Part shown: positions 37,042 to 46,712 of the stretch, one piece after another | Layout of the letters: every line of letters begins with the position of its first letter | Numbering within the stretch: the first letter of the stretch is position 1 | Source of the DNA: a virus | Strand: one strand, 5' to 3' | DNA: 64,000 bases | IMG/VR virus record: IMGVR_UViG_3300005529_000024 | Location: 96,001-160,000 of that record | Program-made: the position numbers and the translations under genes | Notes under the pieces: model-generated | Told to the model about the DNA's origin: nothing | The model's database searches: none | The model's input: the letters and a program-made list of their open reading frames with translations, nothing else

Positions 37042-37260
37042 ATGATTACTCAAGGTAAAAATGAAAGCCGGTTACTGTATCTTCTGCGGGTTGCTACCGT
37101 CTATATTGAGGCGCACCCGGACTACGAAGTTGATTATGATGAGACAACTTGTGATGGGTATTGTCTGGCTGATGAGCTTCGTAACGAAATTGGGGAATTG
37201 CAGAGAAAGTCTGACACAATGCAATGTCCAGAATGTTTCTTTACGTTCAAACAAAGTTAA
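37042..37260 (+). CDS. hypothetical protein
   Basis: GGAGG RBS. Confidence 0.5.
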   Translation: MITQGKNESRLLYLLRVATVYIEAHPDYEVDYDETTCDGYCLADELRNEIGELQRKSDTMQCPECFFTFKQS

Positions 37261-37274
37261 GGAAGGGGTATGCC

Positions 37275-37568
37275 ATGGCAGAGCCAATTAAAAACGAGGA
37301 ATCAAGCCTGTATCAACGATGTAACTTTCAGGAGACCACATACTTTAAATCCGTTGATGCTCTCACTATTATAGAGGTCCTTATCAAGGAAGTTGAGAAT
37401 CTCCCAACCGAAATGAAGAGGGCAACTGAATATTATGAGCATGCTGAGCCGGATGAACGTGAGGGAAAGCATCCTTATTTCGATGCAGAAGAAAAGATTG
37501 ATCAGTTGACCATGAAGCTTAAGGAAGCTAAAAAAGAGATACAAATCCTGCGGATCTGTGGAGATTAA
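37275..37568 (+). CDS. hypothetical protein
   Basis: Operon context. Confidence 0.5.
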   Translation: MAEPIKNEESSLYQRCNFQETTYFKSVDALTIIEVLIKEVENLPTEMKRATEYYEHAEPDEREGKHPYFDAEEKIDQLTMKLKEAKKEIQILRICGD

Positions 37569-37578
37569 GGGGGTTGAG

Positions 37579-37749
37579 ATGACTGAAAATGAGGCATACG
37601 AGGAGAAGCGCCGACAAGCTATTGACAATCTTAAGAAGTTAGGGTTAAAATCAATCCCACTTTCTGTTGCAGCTACTGTGCTTCCAATCATCCCAGAATG
37701 GGAAAAATTCCAGAAAAAGAGGAAAAGAAAGAAGAAAAAGACTAAGTAA
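37579..37749 (+). CDS. small basic protein
   Basis: Lys/Arg-rich tail. Confidence 0.45.
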   Translation: MTENEAYEEKRRQAIDNLKKLGLKSIPLSVAATVLPIIPEWEKFQKKRKRKKKKTK

Positions 37750-37763
37750 TATCCCTTTGGCTA

Positions 37764-37791
37764 TTGACAAAACAGATAATACTGATATACT
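37764..37791 (+). promoter_or_regulatory. conserved early-type promoter
   Basis: TTGACA AAACAGATAATACTGA TATACT. Confidence 0.82.
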
Positions 37792-37816
37792 ATAGTTAAA
37801 ACAACGAGGGCTTAAT

Positions 37817-38041
37817 ATGGGTTACAACTTCGAAAAATCAGATTGTGACAACTGCGGGGTTACTCAGAAGGAGCTTGATAAGGAGCCGTCGAAATATGGG
37901 GTTTGTCCTGATCGGCAGAATTATCTGACCGAGAGAACTGGAGGATATGATACTTCTTTACATTTGTCCGCTGATGGTGGGGTCTTATGTCCTAAGTGTC
38001 ATCGTGAGAAGGAAATTGGCCGTATTTTCTCTAGCAGATAG
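37817..38041 (+). CDS. hypothetical Zn-finger protein
   Basis: CDNC...CPKCH. Confidence 0.5.
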   Translation: MGYNFEKSDCDNCGVTQKELDKEPSKYGVCPDRQNYLTERTGGYDTSLHLSADGGVLCPKCHREKEIGRIFSSR

Positions 38042-38049
38042 GAGACACA

Positions 38050-38280
38050 ATGAACACCGATTATGTGCTATTCGGAGATGTCGCTAGAAAGCAACTAGGA
38101 ATGCAAGCTCAGTATGCTTCCCGTTATGTCGATGGCAGATTCGGTTGTGCAAATCTAGGAAAAGATCTTAGATTCCTAGGTGATGTAGATGACTATCATT
38201 CTCTTCAAATCCATAAAGATGACGTGTCTGAATTCGTTAAGAGATTCAAAGGAATAAGGAGATCAACCAATGGACATTAA
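38050..38280 (+). CDS. hypothetical protein
   Basis: AGGAG RBS. Confidence 0.55.
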   Translation: MNTDYVLFGDVARKQLGMQAQYASRYVDGRFGCANLGKDLRFLGDVDDYHSLQIHKDDVSEFVKRFKGIRRSTNGH

Positions 38281-38605
38281 AGGAGAAAGCGCATACTGCC
38301 CTTCATGCAACGAAGAATTTTATGATCGTTACGATCTCCGCATGCATGAAAGATTTCACTGGAACCATGAGTTATTCCCGACATGGGAAGCGTACATTAA
38401 TCAGATGCTGCCACACAAAGATGCAAAAGCCCTTGTTAACAATCTGGTGTTGTTAACTCGTAAGCAATGGTTTCTCTGCTTCCTTCCTGAGAAGCGTAAA
38501 TATGCTGCCTGCAAAGCTTCCATGAAGCAGGAATACTTGCAAAAAGGATATGTCTTCTTTCTCCCCTCTGAAGACAAAATGCAATCTCTTTTTACTTATG
38601 CCTAA
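38270..38605 (+). CDS. C2H2 Zn-finger-like protein
   Basis: YCPSCNEEF....LRMHERFH. Confidence 0.55.
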   Translation: MDIKGESAYCPSCNEEFYDRYDLRMHERFHWNHELFPTWEAYINQMLPHKDAKALVNNLVLLTRKQWFLCFLPEKRKYAACKASMKQEYLQKGYVFFLPSEDKMQSLFTYA

Positions 38606-38624
38606 AATAACTGGAGGATAATGT

Positions 38625-38972
38625 ATGTGTGATTATCGTGAAGCATGGAGTGGGAAATGTAAGAATGATGATGCACAGCGATGTTTTACCCACCAGGATA
38701 AGGTATGTATAGTCTGTGGTAATACCGCTACACATGACTGCGAGGAGACAGTCTGGGTTGTCTGTGGCTTTCCTTTGTGTGATGATTGCGAGCATAGGAT
38801 CTCTCCAGAGGGTGATAATGGTGGTACTGCTTATCTTGGAAAAAATGGGCATTGCCGAAAGAAGGAGCAGAAATATCTTCCATGGTATATGCGTGAAGAT
38901 CCAGAAAAACCCTTTTCTGATATGTTGAAACTTCTGGTTGAGAAATGGAAGCGTGAACGAGGGATGGTCTAA
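38625..38972 (+). CDS. hypothetical Cys-rich protein
   Basis: GGAGG RBS; multiple Cys/His. Confidence 0.55.
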   Translation: MCDYREAWSGKCKNDDAQRCFTHQDKVCIVCGNTATHDCEETVWVVCGFPLCDDCEHRISPEGDNGGTAYLGKNGHCRKKEQKYLPWYMREDPEKPFSDMLKLLVEKWKRERGMV

Positions 38973-38995
38973 CTGAAACGACAAGGAGGAATATT

Positions 38996-39208
38996 ATGGA
39001 TAAAAAATGGCGCGACTCGGAAATTGCGATGGTGTTGTCCTCGATACAGATTGATTTGGAGCGGGAATTATTTCAAGCTTTCGTTGATTCAAACGAACTT
39101 ATGAAAGACATCCCGGCTTCCGACTTCCAGAAGGATGGTGTTATCAAGAAAGCACTGTCTTTGGCATTAAAGAGGGCATATCCAGATAGAGAGATCAAGT
39201 TTGTCTAG
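38996..39208 (+). CDS. hypothetical protein
   Basis: AAGGAGG RBS. Confidence 0.55.
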   Translation: MDKKWRDSEIAMVLSSIQIDLERELFQAFVDSNELMKDIPASDFQKDGVIKKALSLALKRAYPDREIKFV

Positions 39209-39223
39209 ACATCCAAGGAGGGA

Positions 39224-39529
39224 ATGACAATGGCGATGGAGGCATACGGCGGGTTCAATATTTATGATGACTGTGATCAATGTAAGAGGAAATCAGAATT
39301 GTTTACTACACACTCTGACAACATATATCTCTGTCATGATTGTTTGGAAGATGTTTCTTGTGTAGCTCTCTCTAAGAGGGAGATCAGTACGATATTTGCT
39401 GCACTTTCGTATTGGCAAAGTGGTATTGAAGTTGATGAAGAGGGGGTTTTAGATGTGTCTGTGCCTGAAGCACACGCACCTATTACCCTCAAAGAAATTA
39501 ACCATCTTTATGAGAGGTTGATGCCATGA
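39224..39529 (+). CDS. hypothetical protein
   Basis: AAGGAGG RBS; CxxC pairs. Confidence 0.5.
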   Translation: MTMAMEAYGGFNIYDDCDQCKRKSELFTTHSDNIYLCHDCLEDVSCVALSKREISTIFAALSYWQSGIEVDEEGVLDVSVPEAHAPITLKEINHLYERLMP

Positions 39530-39783
39530 GAGAGATCTTAACTCCACCCGGATATCCGAGATGTTATATTTGCAGGGGACAATGCAGAACTCACAGGTAT
39601 AATCCTTGTTTTAAATGCCAAGGATTGGGATTCCTGTTAGCCAAACAGCTTAAAAAGAGGATCGATGCAGTTTTTTACGCGCAACTGTTAAAGGATCAAG
39701 CGCCAATTATTGCTGCAATAAGACTTGCAAAAGCCAACAAACGGGCGTTAAAAAAGGTGCAACATGAAAAATACAGAAGCTGA
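39526..39783 (+). CDS. hypothetical protein with DnaJ-type CxxCxG motifs
   Basis: CYICRG...CFKCQGLG. Confidence 0.5.
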   Translation: MREILTPPGYPRCYICRGQCRTHRYNPCFKCQGLGFLLAKQLKKRIDAVFYAQLLKDQAPIIAAIRLAKANKRALKKVQHEKYRS

Positions 39784-39906
39784 ATTCGAGAGTAATATAG
39801 TTTATTTCCTGCTTGGAATGTTTGATCCAGAATATCAGAAAGAGTTTGGATCAAAATATAGTAAAAAGATTGACGATTATTTGGAAAGAAGGAGAAATCT
39901 AAAAAC

Positions 39907-40104
39907 ATGAAACGTGCGAGCTATAGAGAGGGTATCGAGATTATTGCTTTAAATGATGAGCCTACAATTTTGGATGTTGAAGAGATGATCGGCTTTCCAT
40001 CTGTTATGCTGCTGGCTGAGTTATTCGGTGTAACTCAGGAGAAAGTTGCCGGAGATATTATCAAGTTTCGGAGGAGACAGTCAGATGATTCTGAAAGAAG
40101 CTGA
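39907..40104 (+). CDS. hypothetical protein
   Basis: AAGGAG upstream. Confidence 0.5.
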   Translation: MKRASYREGIEIIALNDEPTILDVEEMIGFPSVMLLAELFGVTQEKVAGDIIKFRRRQSDDSERS

Positions 40105-40540
40105 GTATTTGGCTTTGGACCTGTTAATTAAACATCAATTAAACATGAAGGGCTGGCGCTTTAAATTTGACCGGGCAAAGAATCGCATGGGTCTATGTCG
40201 ATACGGTCATAAGTGTATCTCCCTTTCCAGAGTCTTAACCTTTAAAGCTTCTGAAAAAGAGGTGGAGGATACATTATTGCATGAAATAGCGCATGCATTA
40301 GTGGGTCCTGGATTCGGTCATGGAAAAGTGTGGAAGCAAATGGCGCGTAAAATTGGCTGTTCTGCTGAAAGATGTCATAACGTTAAAATTACATACAAGT
40401 ATATTCTTCGTTGTGAAAAATGTGGGAAAGTAACAGGTAAGCGTAATAGAAGGAAGAACCTTGTTCATATATCTTGCGGTGGGCGTATTTTGTACTTTCC
40501 TTATATTCCAGACAGTGAAGAAAATGTGTTGACAAAATAA
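40085..40540 (+). CDS. SprT-like zinc metalloprotease
   Basis: MGLC, TLLHEIAHAL, HGKVWK, YILRCEKC. Confidence 0.85.
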   Translation: MILKEAEYLALDLLIKHQLNMKGWRFKFDRAKNRMGLCRYGHKCISLSRVLTFKASEKEVEDTLLHEIAHALVGPGFGHGKVWKQMARKIGCSAERCHNVKITYKYILRCEKCGKVTGKRNRRKNLVHISCGGRILYFPYIPDSEENVLTK

Positions 40541-40556
40541 ACAATGCTGCTATACT
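40529..40556 (+). promoter_or_regulatory. conserved early-type promoter
   Basis: TTGACA AAATAAACAATGCTGC TATACT. Confidence 0.82.
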
Positions 40557-40583
40557 TATAGTTAATTAAATAGGGAGGTTACA

Positions 40584-40910
40584 ATGATCCTGGCAATTGT
40601 CGATAGTCTTAGGTTCAAAGAGAATAAACTCACTCAGACAGTCCATTATTACGAGAACTGTAAAAGGCTTGAGTTTACCTATTTTCTAGAAAGACAAGGC
40701 TCTCTTCCAGCAGTAATAGCAGATACAAAGGAAGAAGCTATCGAAAAGCTGAGGGAAGCTATCAAGAATTATCTATCAACTTGCGTGTGGGGTAAACCAA
40801 ATGCAAAAGATTTCGTGTTCTCTATCAGGTATGATTTTACATTAAAGAATCTTATCAACTTTCCACCTTCCTGCGTATCGCCTGAGATCGAACTCGAACC
40901 TGTTGAATAA
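40584..40910 (+). CDS. hypothetical protein (HicB-like motif possible)
   Basis: LPAVIADTKEEAIEKLREAI. Confidence 0.5.
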   Translation: MILAIVDSLRFKENKLTQTVHYYENCKRLEFTYFLERQGSLPAVIADTKEEAIEKLREAIKNYLSTCVWGKPNAKDFVFSIRYDFTLKNLINFPPSCVSPEIELEPVE

Positions 40911-41299
40911 TGGAGTTAACAAAATTGGACATCTACCTTGACGATACAAGAGAACCTTTGGGAGAAGGTGTTGTATGGGTGACAAATTTTAGACAAGCTG
41001 CACGATTATTGTCTACTGGTAATGTCGAGTCCATATCATTAGATTATGACTTGAGCTACCAACCACTCTGTAGGGTTTGTCTCGTTAAATGTAGCTTTGA
41101 ATGCGATTGTGACTGTCACAGTGAGCCGGGAACTGGTCTTGACGTAGTAGAACACATGATAAAGACTAATATCTGGCCATTAAGAATCTATATCCATTCT
41201 AGCTCCCCAAAAGGTAGGGATCTCATGTTTGATAAGATCCTGTTACACGGACCATATAAAAAACATGATAGATTAAGGATGTATTTCGAATGCCCTTGA
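40910..41299 (+). CDS. cyclic-phosphate-processing receiver-like domain protein
   Basis: YLDDTR, SLDYDL, GTGLDV, IHSSSP.G...M. Confidence 0.75.
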   Translation: MELTKLDIYLDDTREPLGEGVVWVTNFRQAARLLSTGNVESISLDYDLSYQPLCRVCLVKCSFECDCDCHSEPGTGLDVVEHMIKTNIWPLRIYIHSSSPKGRDLMFDKILLHGPYKKHDRLRMYFECP

Positions 41300-41323
41300 C
41301 AAAACAAATAATACTGGTATACT
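41296..41323 (+). promoter_or_regulatory. conserved early-type promoter
   Basis: TTGACA AAACAAATAATACTGG TATACT. Confidence 0.82.
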
Positions 41324-41358
41324 AATAGTTAATTAGACAACAAACCAGGGAGTGGACA

Positions 41359-41547
41359 ATGGATAACCTGAATGATTTAGAGAAAGCGTTAGCTGGCGGT
41401 AGAGGAGATGTCGATTTTTATCTTGGGAACGTCACTGTCGATGAATTTATTAAACACATCGAAGAGATCAAAAAGAAAGCTGCATTAACTACCGATGCAG
41501 GTGTTCTTAAGGCGAAGATTTTAGAATTATTTAACAACGAAAAATAA
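41359..41547 (+). CDS. hypothetical protein
   Basis: GGAG RBS. Confidence 0.5.
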   Translation: MDNLNDLEKALAGGRGDVDFYLGNVTVDEFIKHIEEIKKKAALTTDAGVLKAKILELFNNEK

Positions 41548-41584
41548 TCGGTAGTAAAAGATCTGCTACAGGGGATAACGAAAA

Positions 41585-41830
41585 ATGGATAACTTCCAGG
41601 AAAAGTTTTTTAAAACCTTCAAAGGTGAATGTTTCGGTATCGGGCTATATGAGGATGATGGCTATATCCTCTTTAAAGTGATCGTGGAAGATGATGGTAA
41701 CTGGTTTGAATCAACAAATGGTGGGAGCGGTTACTGGCTAGAAGATTTGATGGAGGAAATGTCTGCTGCTCAGCGATATCTAGCACTCGAATGTATCAGG
41801 GATGATGGTGGATTTAAAAGAAAACAATAA
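41585..41830 (+). CDS. hypothetical protein
   Basis: Operon context. Confidence 0.5.
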   Translation: MDNFQEKFFKTFKGECFGIGLYEDDGYILFKVIVEDDGNWFESTNGGSGYWLEDLMEEMSAAQRYLALECIRDDGGFKRKQ

Positions 41831-41847
41831 ACACTGGAGATGACAAA

Positions 41848-42036
41848 ATGAAGAATTTTAAATGGACCATCGAAATTGAAGTCTCTGAGACTTGGGTTCG
41901 GGATGGATTCAACCTTGATAAGGGCGGCATCACTCACATGTTATCAAGTCTCTTACCGTTTGCTTATGAACATGAGTTTAGCGGCAAAATAATCTCTGCT
42001 CCAGATCCGAAAGAAATCGAAAAAGCACAGTCATAG
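41848..42036 (+). CDS. hypothetical phage protein
   Basis: GGAG RBS. Confidence 0.55.
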   Translation: MKNFKWTIEIEVSETWVRDGFNLDKGGITHMLSSLLPFAYEHEFSGKIISAPDPKEIEKAQS

Positions 42037-42048
42037 GAGGGTTTACAG

Positions 42049-42483
42049 ATGAAACCAATTATGCTGATGATTCTTGTGATCTTGGTATCAGGTTGTGGAA
42101 ATGATTCCAATAATGCGCCTGCAACTGCTGTGTCGGCAGGTGGAGCATATTTCGATTCCTCTGTATACACAATGCTGGACAACGTTTTCGAAGATGTCAA
42201 GAAATGCATGGCTGATGAGGGTTTTCCTTCCGACAAGGGAAGCACAGCAGATTTGACTATTGTTATGATGTGGGGTGATACCTTTGATTGTGTTGATCCA
42301 GTTACGAATAAACCAACTAGATGTACTGGAGAGTTTATTTCACAAGGCGCGATAATCAAAGTCACTCACACATTTGAATCTGTCCGGCATGAGTACATTC
42401 ACTTCTTGCTGGAGAAGAATACAGGAGATCTAGATCCGGCGCACAAACATGCTACTCTCTTTCAGCATTGTCAGGTAAGGTAG
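42049..42483 (+). CDS. lipoprotein with HExxH motif
   Basis: Lipobox VSGC; HEYIH. Confidence 0.65.
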   Translation: MKPIMLMILVILVSGCGNDSNNAPATAVSAGGAYFDSSVYTMLDNVFEDVKKCMADEGFPSDKGSTADLTIVMMWGDTFDCVDPVTNKPTRCTGEFISQGAIIKVTHTFESVRHEYIHFLLEKNTGDLDPAHKHATLFQHCQVR

Positions 42484-42516
42484 CATAAAATATTTTCAAA
42501 AATTCTAACTTTACTA

Positions 42517-42545
42517 TTGACAAACCAGATTCACCCTGGTATATT
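42517..42545 (+). promoter_or_regulatory. sigma70-type promoter
   Basis: TTGACA-N17-TATATT. Confidence 0.6.
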
Positions 42546-42556
42546 GGAGGTCAATA

Positions 42557-42745
42557 ATGAATGTATCAGAAAAGAGTTATCCAGGATTAAAGAGGTATAT
42601 CACAGATAAATGTTACTGCTCCCATGAAAGACAGATGCATGGTGTTGTTGGTTCTATAGTTAATGGGACCAAGTGTAACATATCAAACTGTTACTGCAAT
42701 AATTTCAAGCTGAAGGAGAATCATGCCGTACATAGCACAAGATAG
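42557..42745 (+). CDS. small Cys/His-rich protein
   Basis: GGAGG RBS; CxCxH...H...C...CxC. Confidence 0.5.
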   Translation: MNVSEKSYPGLKRYITDKCYCSHERQMHGVVGSIVNGTKCNISNCYCNNFKLKENHAVHSTR

Positions 42746-43010
42746 AAGAAGGGCGATTGTCAAGAAAGCCTACCTTGATATGACAGAGATTGATAAGGCA
42801 GGAGAGTTGAACTATGCCATTACTATATTGATTCAGCAGTATAGTCATAACAAAGGTAAACTGTCGTATCAAACTATCAATGATATCATCGGTGCTCTCG
42901 AAGGGGTGAAGCAGGAATTTTATAGGCGTGTCGCTGTTCCTTACGAGGAAGCGAAGATCAAAGAGAATGGAGAAGTCTACTGGAACACGTATTCCCCTGA
43001 TGAGGAATAA
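42723..43010 (+). CDS. conserved hypothetical phage protein
   Basis: MPYI...GELNYAIT...EFYRR...PYE..K...NG.VY. Confidence 0.6.
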   Translation: MPYIAQDRRRAIVKKAYLDMTEIDKAGELNYAITILIQQYSHNKGKLSYQTINDIIGALEGVKQEFYRRVAVPYEEAKIKENGEVYWNTYSPDEE

Positions 43011-43016
43011 GGTCAA

Positions 43017-43202
43017 ATGACCAAACTTAGCAACAATCATTGGATTTTAGAAGACTATGTACAGCGTATGCCTGTGTGTGACTGGAAGAAGCTTTTAATG
43101 CAGGGGCAAGACCGCATAATTTTTTATGGTAGGATGCGTACCCTTAAAGCTAAAAATGTGGGGTACGGTATTGTGGATGTTTATAAAAGCAAGGAGGAGT
43201 GA
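43017..43202 (+). CDS. hypothetical protein
   Basis: Operon context. Confidence 0.5.
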   Translation: MTKLSNNHWILEDYVQRMPVCDWKKLLMQGQDRIIFYGRMRTLKAKNVGYGIVDVYKSKEE

Positions 43203-43354
43203 TTATGAAGATCGGATTTCGCACCTTTAAACTCATTCACATGCGTTCTTTTAGCTTTGATGTCTTTCATTTCGATGATATGACGATACTTTCAGCAATA
43301 TTTTGGAACCGTAGTTTTAGCATTGACATTGGACTTAAATAGGAGAAATAAAAA

Positions 43355-43636
43355 ATGAAGGGACCCAAGAAGTTAAAAAAGCGTTCTGAACGGTCATTTA
43401 ACAATCGCAAACGTGAGCAGGATCGGCTTAAGAAACTACTCCGAAAGGCTTTGAAGCGTAAACGTGTTCTTCAGGCGCAAAGCAATACAGAGCTTTTAGA
43501 TAAGACTCTTAACCAGATTCAGCACCTTGAGAACCAGCTTCGATTTAGTAAGTCTGTCTCGGACGATAAGACAGTCACGCTCTTTGATCATGAAGAGGCG
43601 CTTCCATTAGCATTAGCGTTAGCGGGTAAACTGTGA
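43355..43636 (+). CDS. hypothetical basic protein
   Basis: AGGAG RBS. Confidence 0.5.
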   Translation: MKGPKKLKKRSERSFNNRKREQDRLKKLLRKALKRKRVLQAQSNTELLDKTLNQIQHLENQLRFSKSVSDDKTVTLFDHEEALPLALALAGKL

Positions 43637-43637
43637 G

Positions 43638-43910
43638 ATGGCAACATACTGGTGCGGTGAGCATTTCAGACCTTTTGAGAATGATTTAAATATTGACGCA
43701 TTACGGGCAACTGAAATGCTTGTTGCGAAGGTATTAACAAATGAAAAATTTCTCACTACTTTCAATCTGGAGATTGAGCATTTAAAAAGTATACCAATCC
43801 TTACTGTTAGGGAGAAGCTTATACAGGTAACACCTATATGCTGTTTTGTTGGTGATGATATTGTAAGAAGTGTGTTCGAAGCGTGTAAATCTGAATATAA
43901 ACAGGAGTGA
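43638..43910 (+). CDS. hypothetical protein
   Basis: Operon context. Confidence 0.5.
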   Translation: MATYWCGEHFRPFENDLNIDALRATEMLVAKVLTNEKFLTTFNLEIEHLKSIPILTVREKLIQVTPICCFVGDDIVRSVFEACKSEYKQE

Positions 43911-43914
43911 CAAC

Positions 43915-44334
43915 ATGAAATTAAAAACTTTTTTATTCGCAGTTTTAACCGTTCTTTTCTTCCTGACACCTTTAGCTCATAGTAAGGATCTTCCTGAAAC
44001 TGTCGAGATCCGAGATCTTTTAGATCATAGCGAACGGTATGATGGGAAGCGTGTAATTGTCTTCGGTACTCTGCGTGGTCTTCCCGTTCGTAAGAGTCGG
44101 TCTGGTATACCATTGTATGAATTCGAGGTTCGAGATCCAAAGGATACATCATCTGAACATAGCGGCATTACAATTGTGTTAAATGATGATTCAAACACGG
44201 ATAAGAAATTTAAAGTAGATGAGAATGTTATCGTGCAGGGTGTCTTTCATAGCAACTTGTTCCAAGGCGGTCTTCCTTTTTATTCTGCCATTCTCGTTGA
44301 AATCTTGTCAAAAGATGTTGGGGCTTCCAAATGA
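43915..44334 (+). CDS. exported OB-fold-like protein
   Basis: Signal peptide; YDGKRVIVFG...Y.F.VRD...V.VQGVF. Confidence 0.55.
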   Translation: MKLKTFLFAVLTVLFFLTPLAHSKDLPETVEIRDLLDHSERYDGKRVIVFGTLRGLPVRKSRSGIPLYEFEVRDPKDTSSEHSGITIVLNDDSNTDKKFKVDENVIVQGVFHSNLFQGGLPFYSAILVEILSKDVGASK

Positions 44335-44786
44335 AGAACTTTATAATCGCTTGTTTAATTTTGTTGGTTACTACAGCAACGAGTTTTGCTTCTCCAATTC
44401 CAGGTGTCACGGATGAGGCATTCGATCTCGCACGTAGCGGATTTGGCCGTACACTTAAAAATCTGGATGAGTTTACCAGTAATAAAGAAAAGATGGTAGA
44501 TACTCCATTGATTCTAAATGATGTTAAACTTGAATTCAAAAGTGTGAATGTAGAGTTTATCAAAGGTGAAGTTGCTTATGAGTTTACGATTATAAATGTC
44601 GTAACTTTAACGAAAGAATCAATGGAGGTCGTAGCTACAACTCGAACACCAGAATATGGCGCTATGCCATTTCCTTTTAGTTCATTGAAGAATAGGTTAA
44701 CCACAATTATCTTCGTCTATAGCTCGCTCGATAAGAAGATACATTTGGCTGGTGTTTCTCCATCAAGAAATGAAGGTAGCCTGTAA
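44331..44786 (+). CDS. exported hypothetical protein
   Basis: Signal peptide ending SFA. Confidence 0.55.
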   Translation: MKNFIIACLILLVTTATSFASPIPGVTDEAFDLARSGFGRTLKNLDEFTSNKEKMVDTPLILNDVKLEFKSVNVEFIKGEVAYEFTIINVVTLTKESMEVVATTRTPEYGAMPFPFSSLKNRLTTIIFVYSSLDKKIHLAGVSPSRNEGSL

Positions 44787-45043
44787 TGTTGGCAACATTA
44801 ACAGATGGTCCATTAGTTGACAAAAAGATTGTTTTAGGTAATACTGTATCAGATCCACCAGTTGTTCTTGAATTCATAGCTGAGAATCAAGAGCGTGATG
44901 GTCATGGGAATGTGAGGTCAATAGGCGAGATTATCACATTGATCTATAAATTCATGTCTTTGGATTCTGAGATAACAGAGGATGGAGTATTAAAAGTTTG
45001 CAAGTATAGTTTCGAGACTTATGGTAGGCACGATATTTCTTAA
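44786..45043 (+). CDS. hypothetical protein
   Basis: TAATG overlap. Confidence 0.5.
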   Translation: MLATLTDGPLVDKKIVLGNTVSDPPVVLEFIAENQERDGHGNVRSIGEIITLIYKFMSLDSEITEDGVLKVCKYSFETYGRHDIS

Positions 45044-45053
45044 GATATTTTAT

Positions 45054-45077
45054 CCTACCATATTGGATTAAGCGTCT
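45054..45077 (+). promoter_or_regulatory. putative phage-specific promoter CCTA-N14-GCGTCT upstream of Ro60
   Basis: Exact intergenic match. Confidence 0.65.
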
Positions 45078-45086
45078 TGCGGGTGA

Positions 45087-45107
45087 AAGTGGGTCAATTA
45101 TCTACTT
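45087..45107 (+). promoter_or_regulatory. mini Y-RNA-like hairpin in the Ro60 leader (putative operator)
   Basis: AAGTGGGTC-AA-TTATCTACTT, next to the AAGGAG RBS. Confidence 0.55.
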
Positions 45108-45125
45108 AATAAAAGGAGAGATCAA

Positions 45126-46712
45126 ATGGCGAAATACACAAAGCATTTCCAAACGAAGCAGACCAAACAAACTGAACCGATTCCCGGTAAGAACCAGGTG
45201 AAAAATAATGCTGGTGGTTATACGTTCAAGATTACCCCAGAGGCGCAGTTTAAGCGATTCTTGATTCTTGGTAGTGATGGTGGTAGTTATTATCAGACCG
45301 AGAATGACTTGACTGTTGAAAATGCTGAGAATGCAGTTGAGTTTATTAAGCAGGATGGCGTTATGGCAGTAAAGCTTATTGCTGAAATCTCAGATCAGGG
45401 TAGAGCAGCTAAGAATTCACCGGCTATCTTTGCTCTGGCTCTTGTTTGTACATTCGGTAGCCCTGAAGCAAAAGCTTGCGCGTATAAGGCGATTCCTGTT
45501 GTGTGCCGTATCGGTACTCATATCTTTGAGTTTTGCCAGTACATTCAAGATCTTCGTGGGTGGAGCCGTGGGCTTAGAAAGGGTGTTGCTTCTTACTTTG
45601 AGAAAAAGGTTGCTGATTCCAATCTGGCGCTTGACGTTATCAAGTATCGTCAGCGTGATGGTTGGACACATAAGGATGTTCTTCGTTTGTCTCATCCTTC
45701 AATCAGCGGTAATGATGTCAACTCGGTTTTAAAGTGGGCTGTTGGTAAAGAGGTTACAGAGAAAAACGCGCTCATCAGTGCATTTGAACAGATTCAGAAG
45801 ACGACCAATGTTAATGAGGCTGTTAAGCTGATTGAGGAGAATAACCTCCCTCGTGAAGCTGTTCCTACGGATCTGCTTAATTCTGCGGATATCTGGAATG
45901 CTTTGCTTGTTAAAATGCCGATGAAAGCCATGATCCGCAATCTTGGAAAAATGACTTCCATTAACCTTCTTAAGTCTAACTTTGGTGAACAGGAGAAGAG
46001 AGTTATTGCTTCTCTTACTAATGTAGAGGCTTTGAGCAAGGCACGTATCCATCCTCTGGATATCCTTGTTGCTCTTAAGATCTACAGTCAGGGTCATAGT
46101 GAAAGAGGATCTCTCTCATGGCGTCCTGTTCCTGGTATTGTTGAAGCTTTGAATGAGGCTTTCTATCTTTCTTTCAAGAATGTAGCTCCACTTGGTAAGA
46201 ACTTCCTTATCGGACTTGATGTCTCTGGGTCTATGTCTAGCCGTATTTCAGACAGCAATTCATTGACTTCACGTGAAGCAACTTCAGCTATTTCTCTGTT
46301 GCTGGCCCGGACTGAGAAGTCGGCAGAGGTGTTTGCTTTCTCTAACTCGTTCATGCCGTTGACTGTTCACAAGAATCTGAGCCTTGAGGGATTGATGCGT
46401 AAGACAGAAAGTCTCCCATTCCAGGGTACTGATTGTGCTCTTCCAATGTTGCATGCTACCCGTAATAAGATTGACAACATTGATTGTTTCATCGTGTTAA
46501 CCGATAGTGAAACGTGGGCTGGAAATATTCATCCTAGCCAAGCTTTACTTGATTATCGGAGACAGTTTAATCCGGAAGCCAAATTGATTGTTTTGGCAAC
46601 TGTTCCTTCTGCTTTCACGATTGCTGATCCGACCGATGCAGGCTATTTGGATATCGCTGGATTCGATTCAAGCGTGTATTCGGTCATGCAAGAATTCCTG
46701 AAAGGATGGTGA
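45126..46712 (+). CDS. rsr: Ro60/TROVE domain ribonucleoprotein (Rsr ortholog)
   Basis: NNAGGY, RFLILGS.GG.YY, GWSRGLR, KYRQR.GWTHKDVLRLSHP, AMIRNLG, RIHP, vWA DVSGSM, GTDCALPM, TDSETW, GFD. Confidence 0.96.
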   Translation: MAKYTKHFQTKQTKQTEPIPGKNQVKNNAGGYTFKITPEAQFKRFLILGSDGGSYYQTENDLTVENAENAVEFIKQDGVMAVKLIAEISDQGRAAKNSPAIFALALVCTFGSPEAKACAYKAIPVVCRIGTHIFEFCQYIQDLRGWSRGLRKGVASYFEKKVADSNLALDVIKYRQRDGWTHKDVLRLSHPSISGNDVNSVLKWAVGKEVTEKNALISAFEQIQKTTNVNEAVKLIEENNLPREAVPTDLLNSADIWNALLVKMPMKAMIRNLGKMTSINLLKSNFGEQEKRVIASLTNVEALSKARIHPLDILVALKIYSQGHSERGSLSWRPVPGIVEALNEAFYLSFKNVAPLGKNFLIGLDVSGSMSSRISDSNSLTSREATSAISLLLARTEKSAEVFAFSNSFMPLTVHKNLSLEGLMRKTESLPFQGTDCALPMLHATRNKIDNIDCFIVLTDSETWAGNIHPSQALLDYRRQFNPEAKLIVLATVPSAFTIADPTDAGYLDIAGFDSSVYSVMQEFLKGW

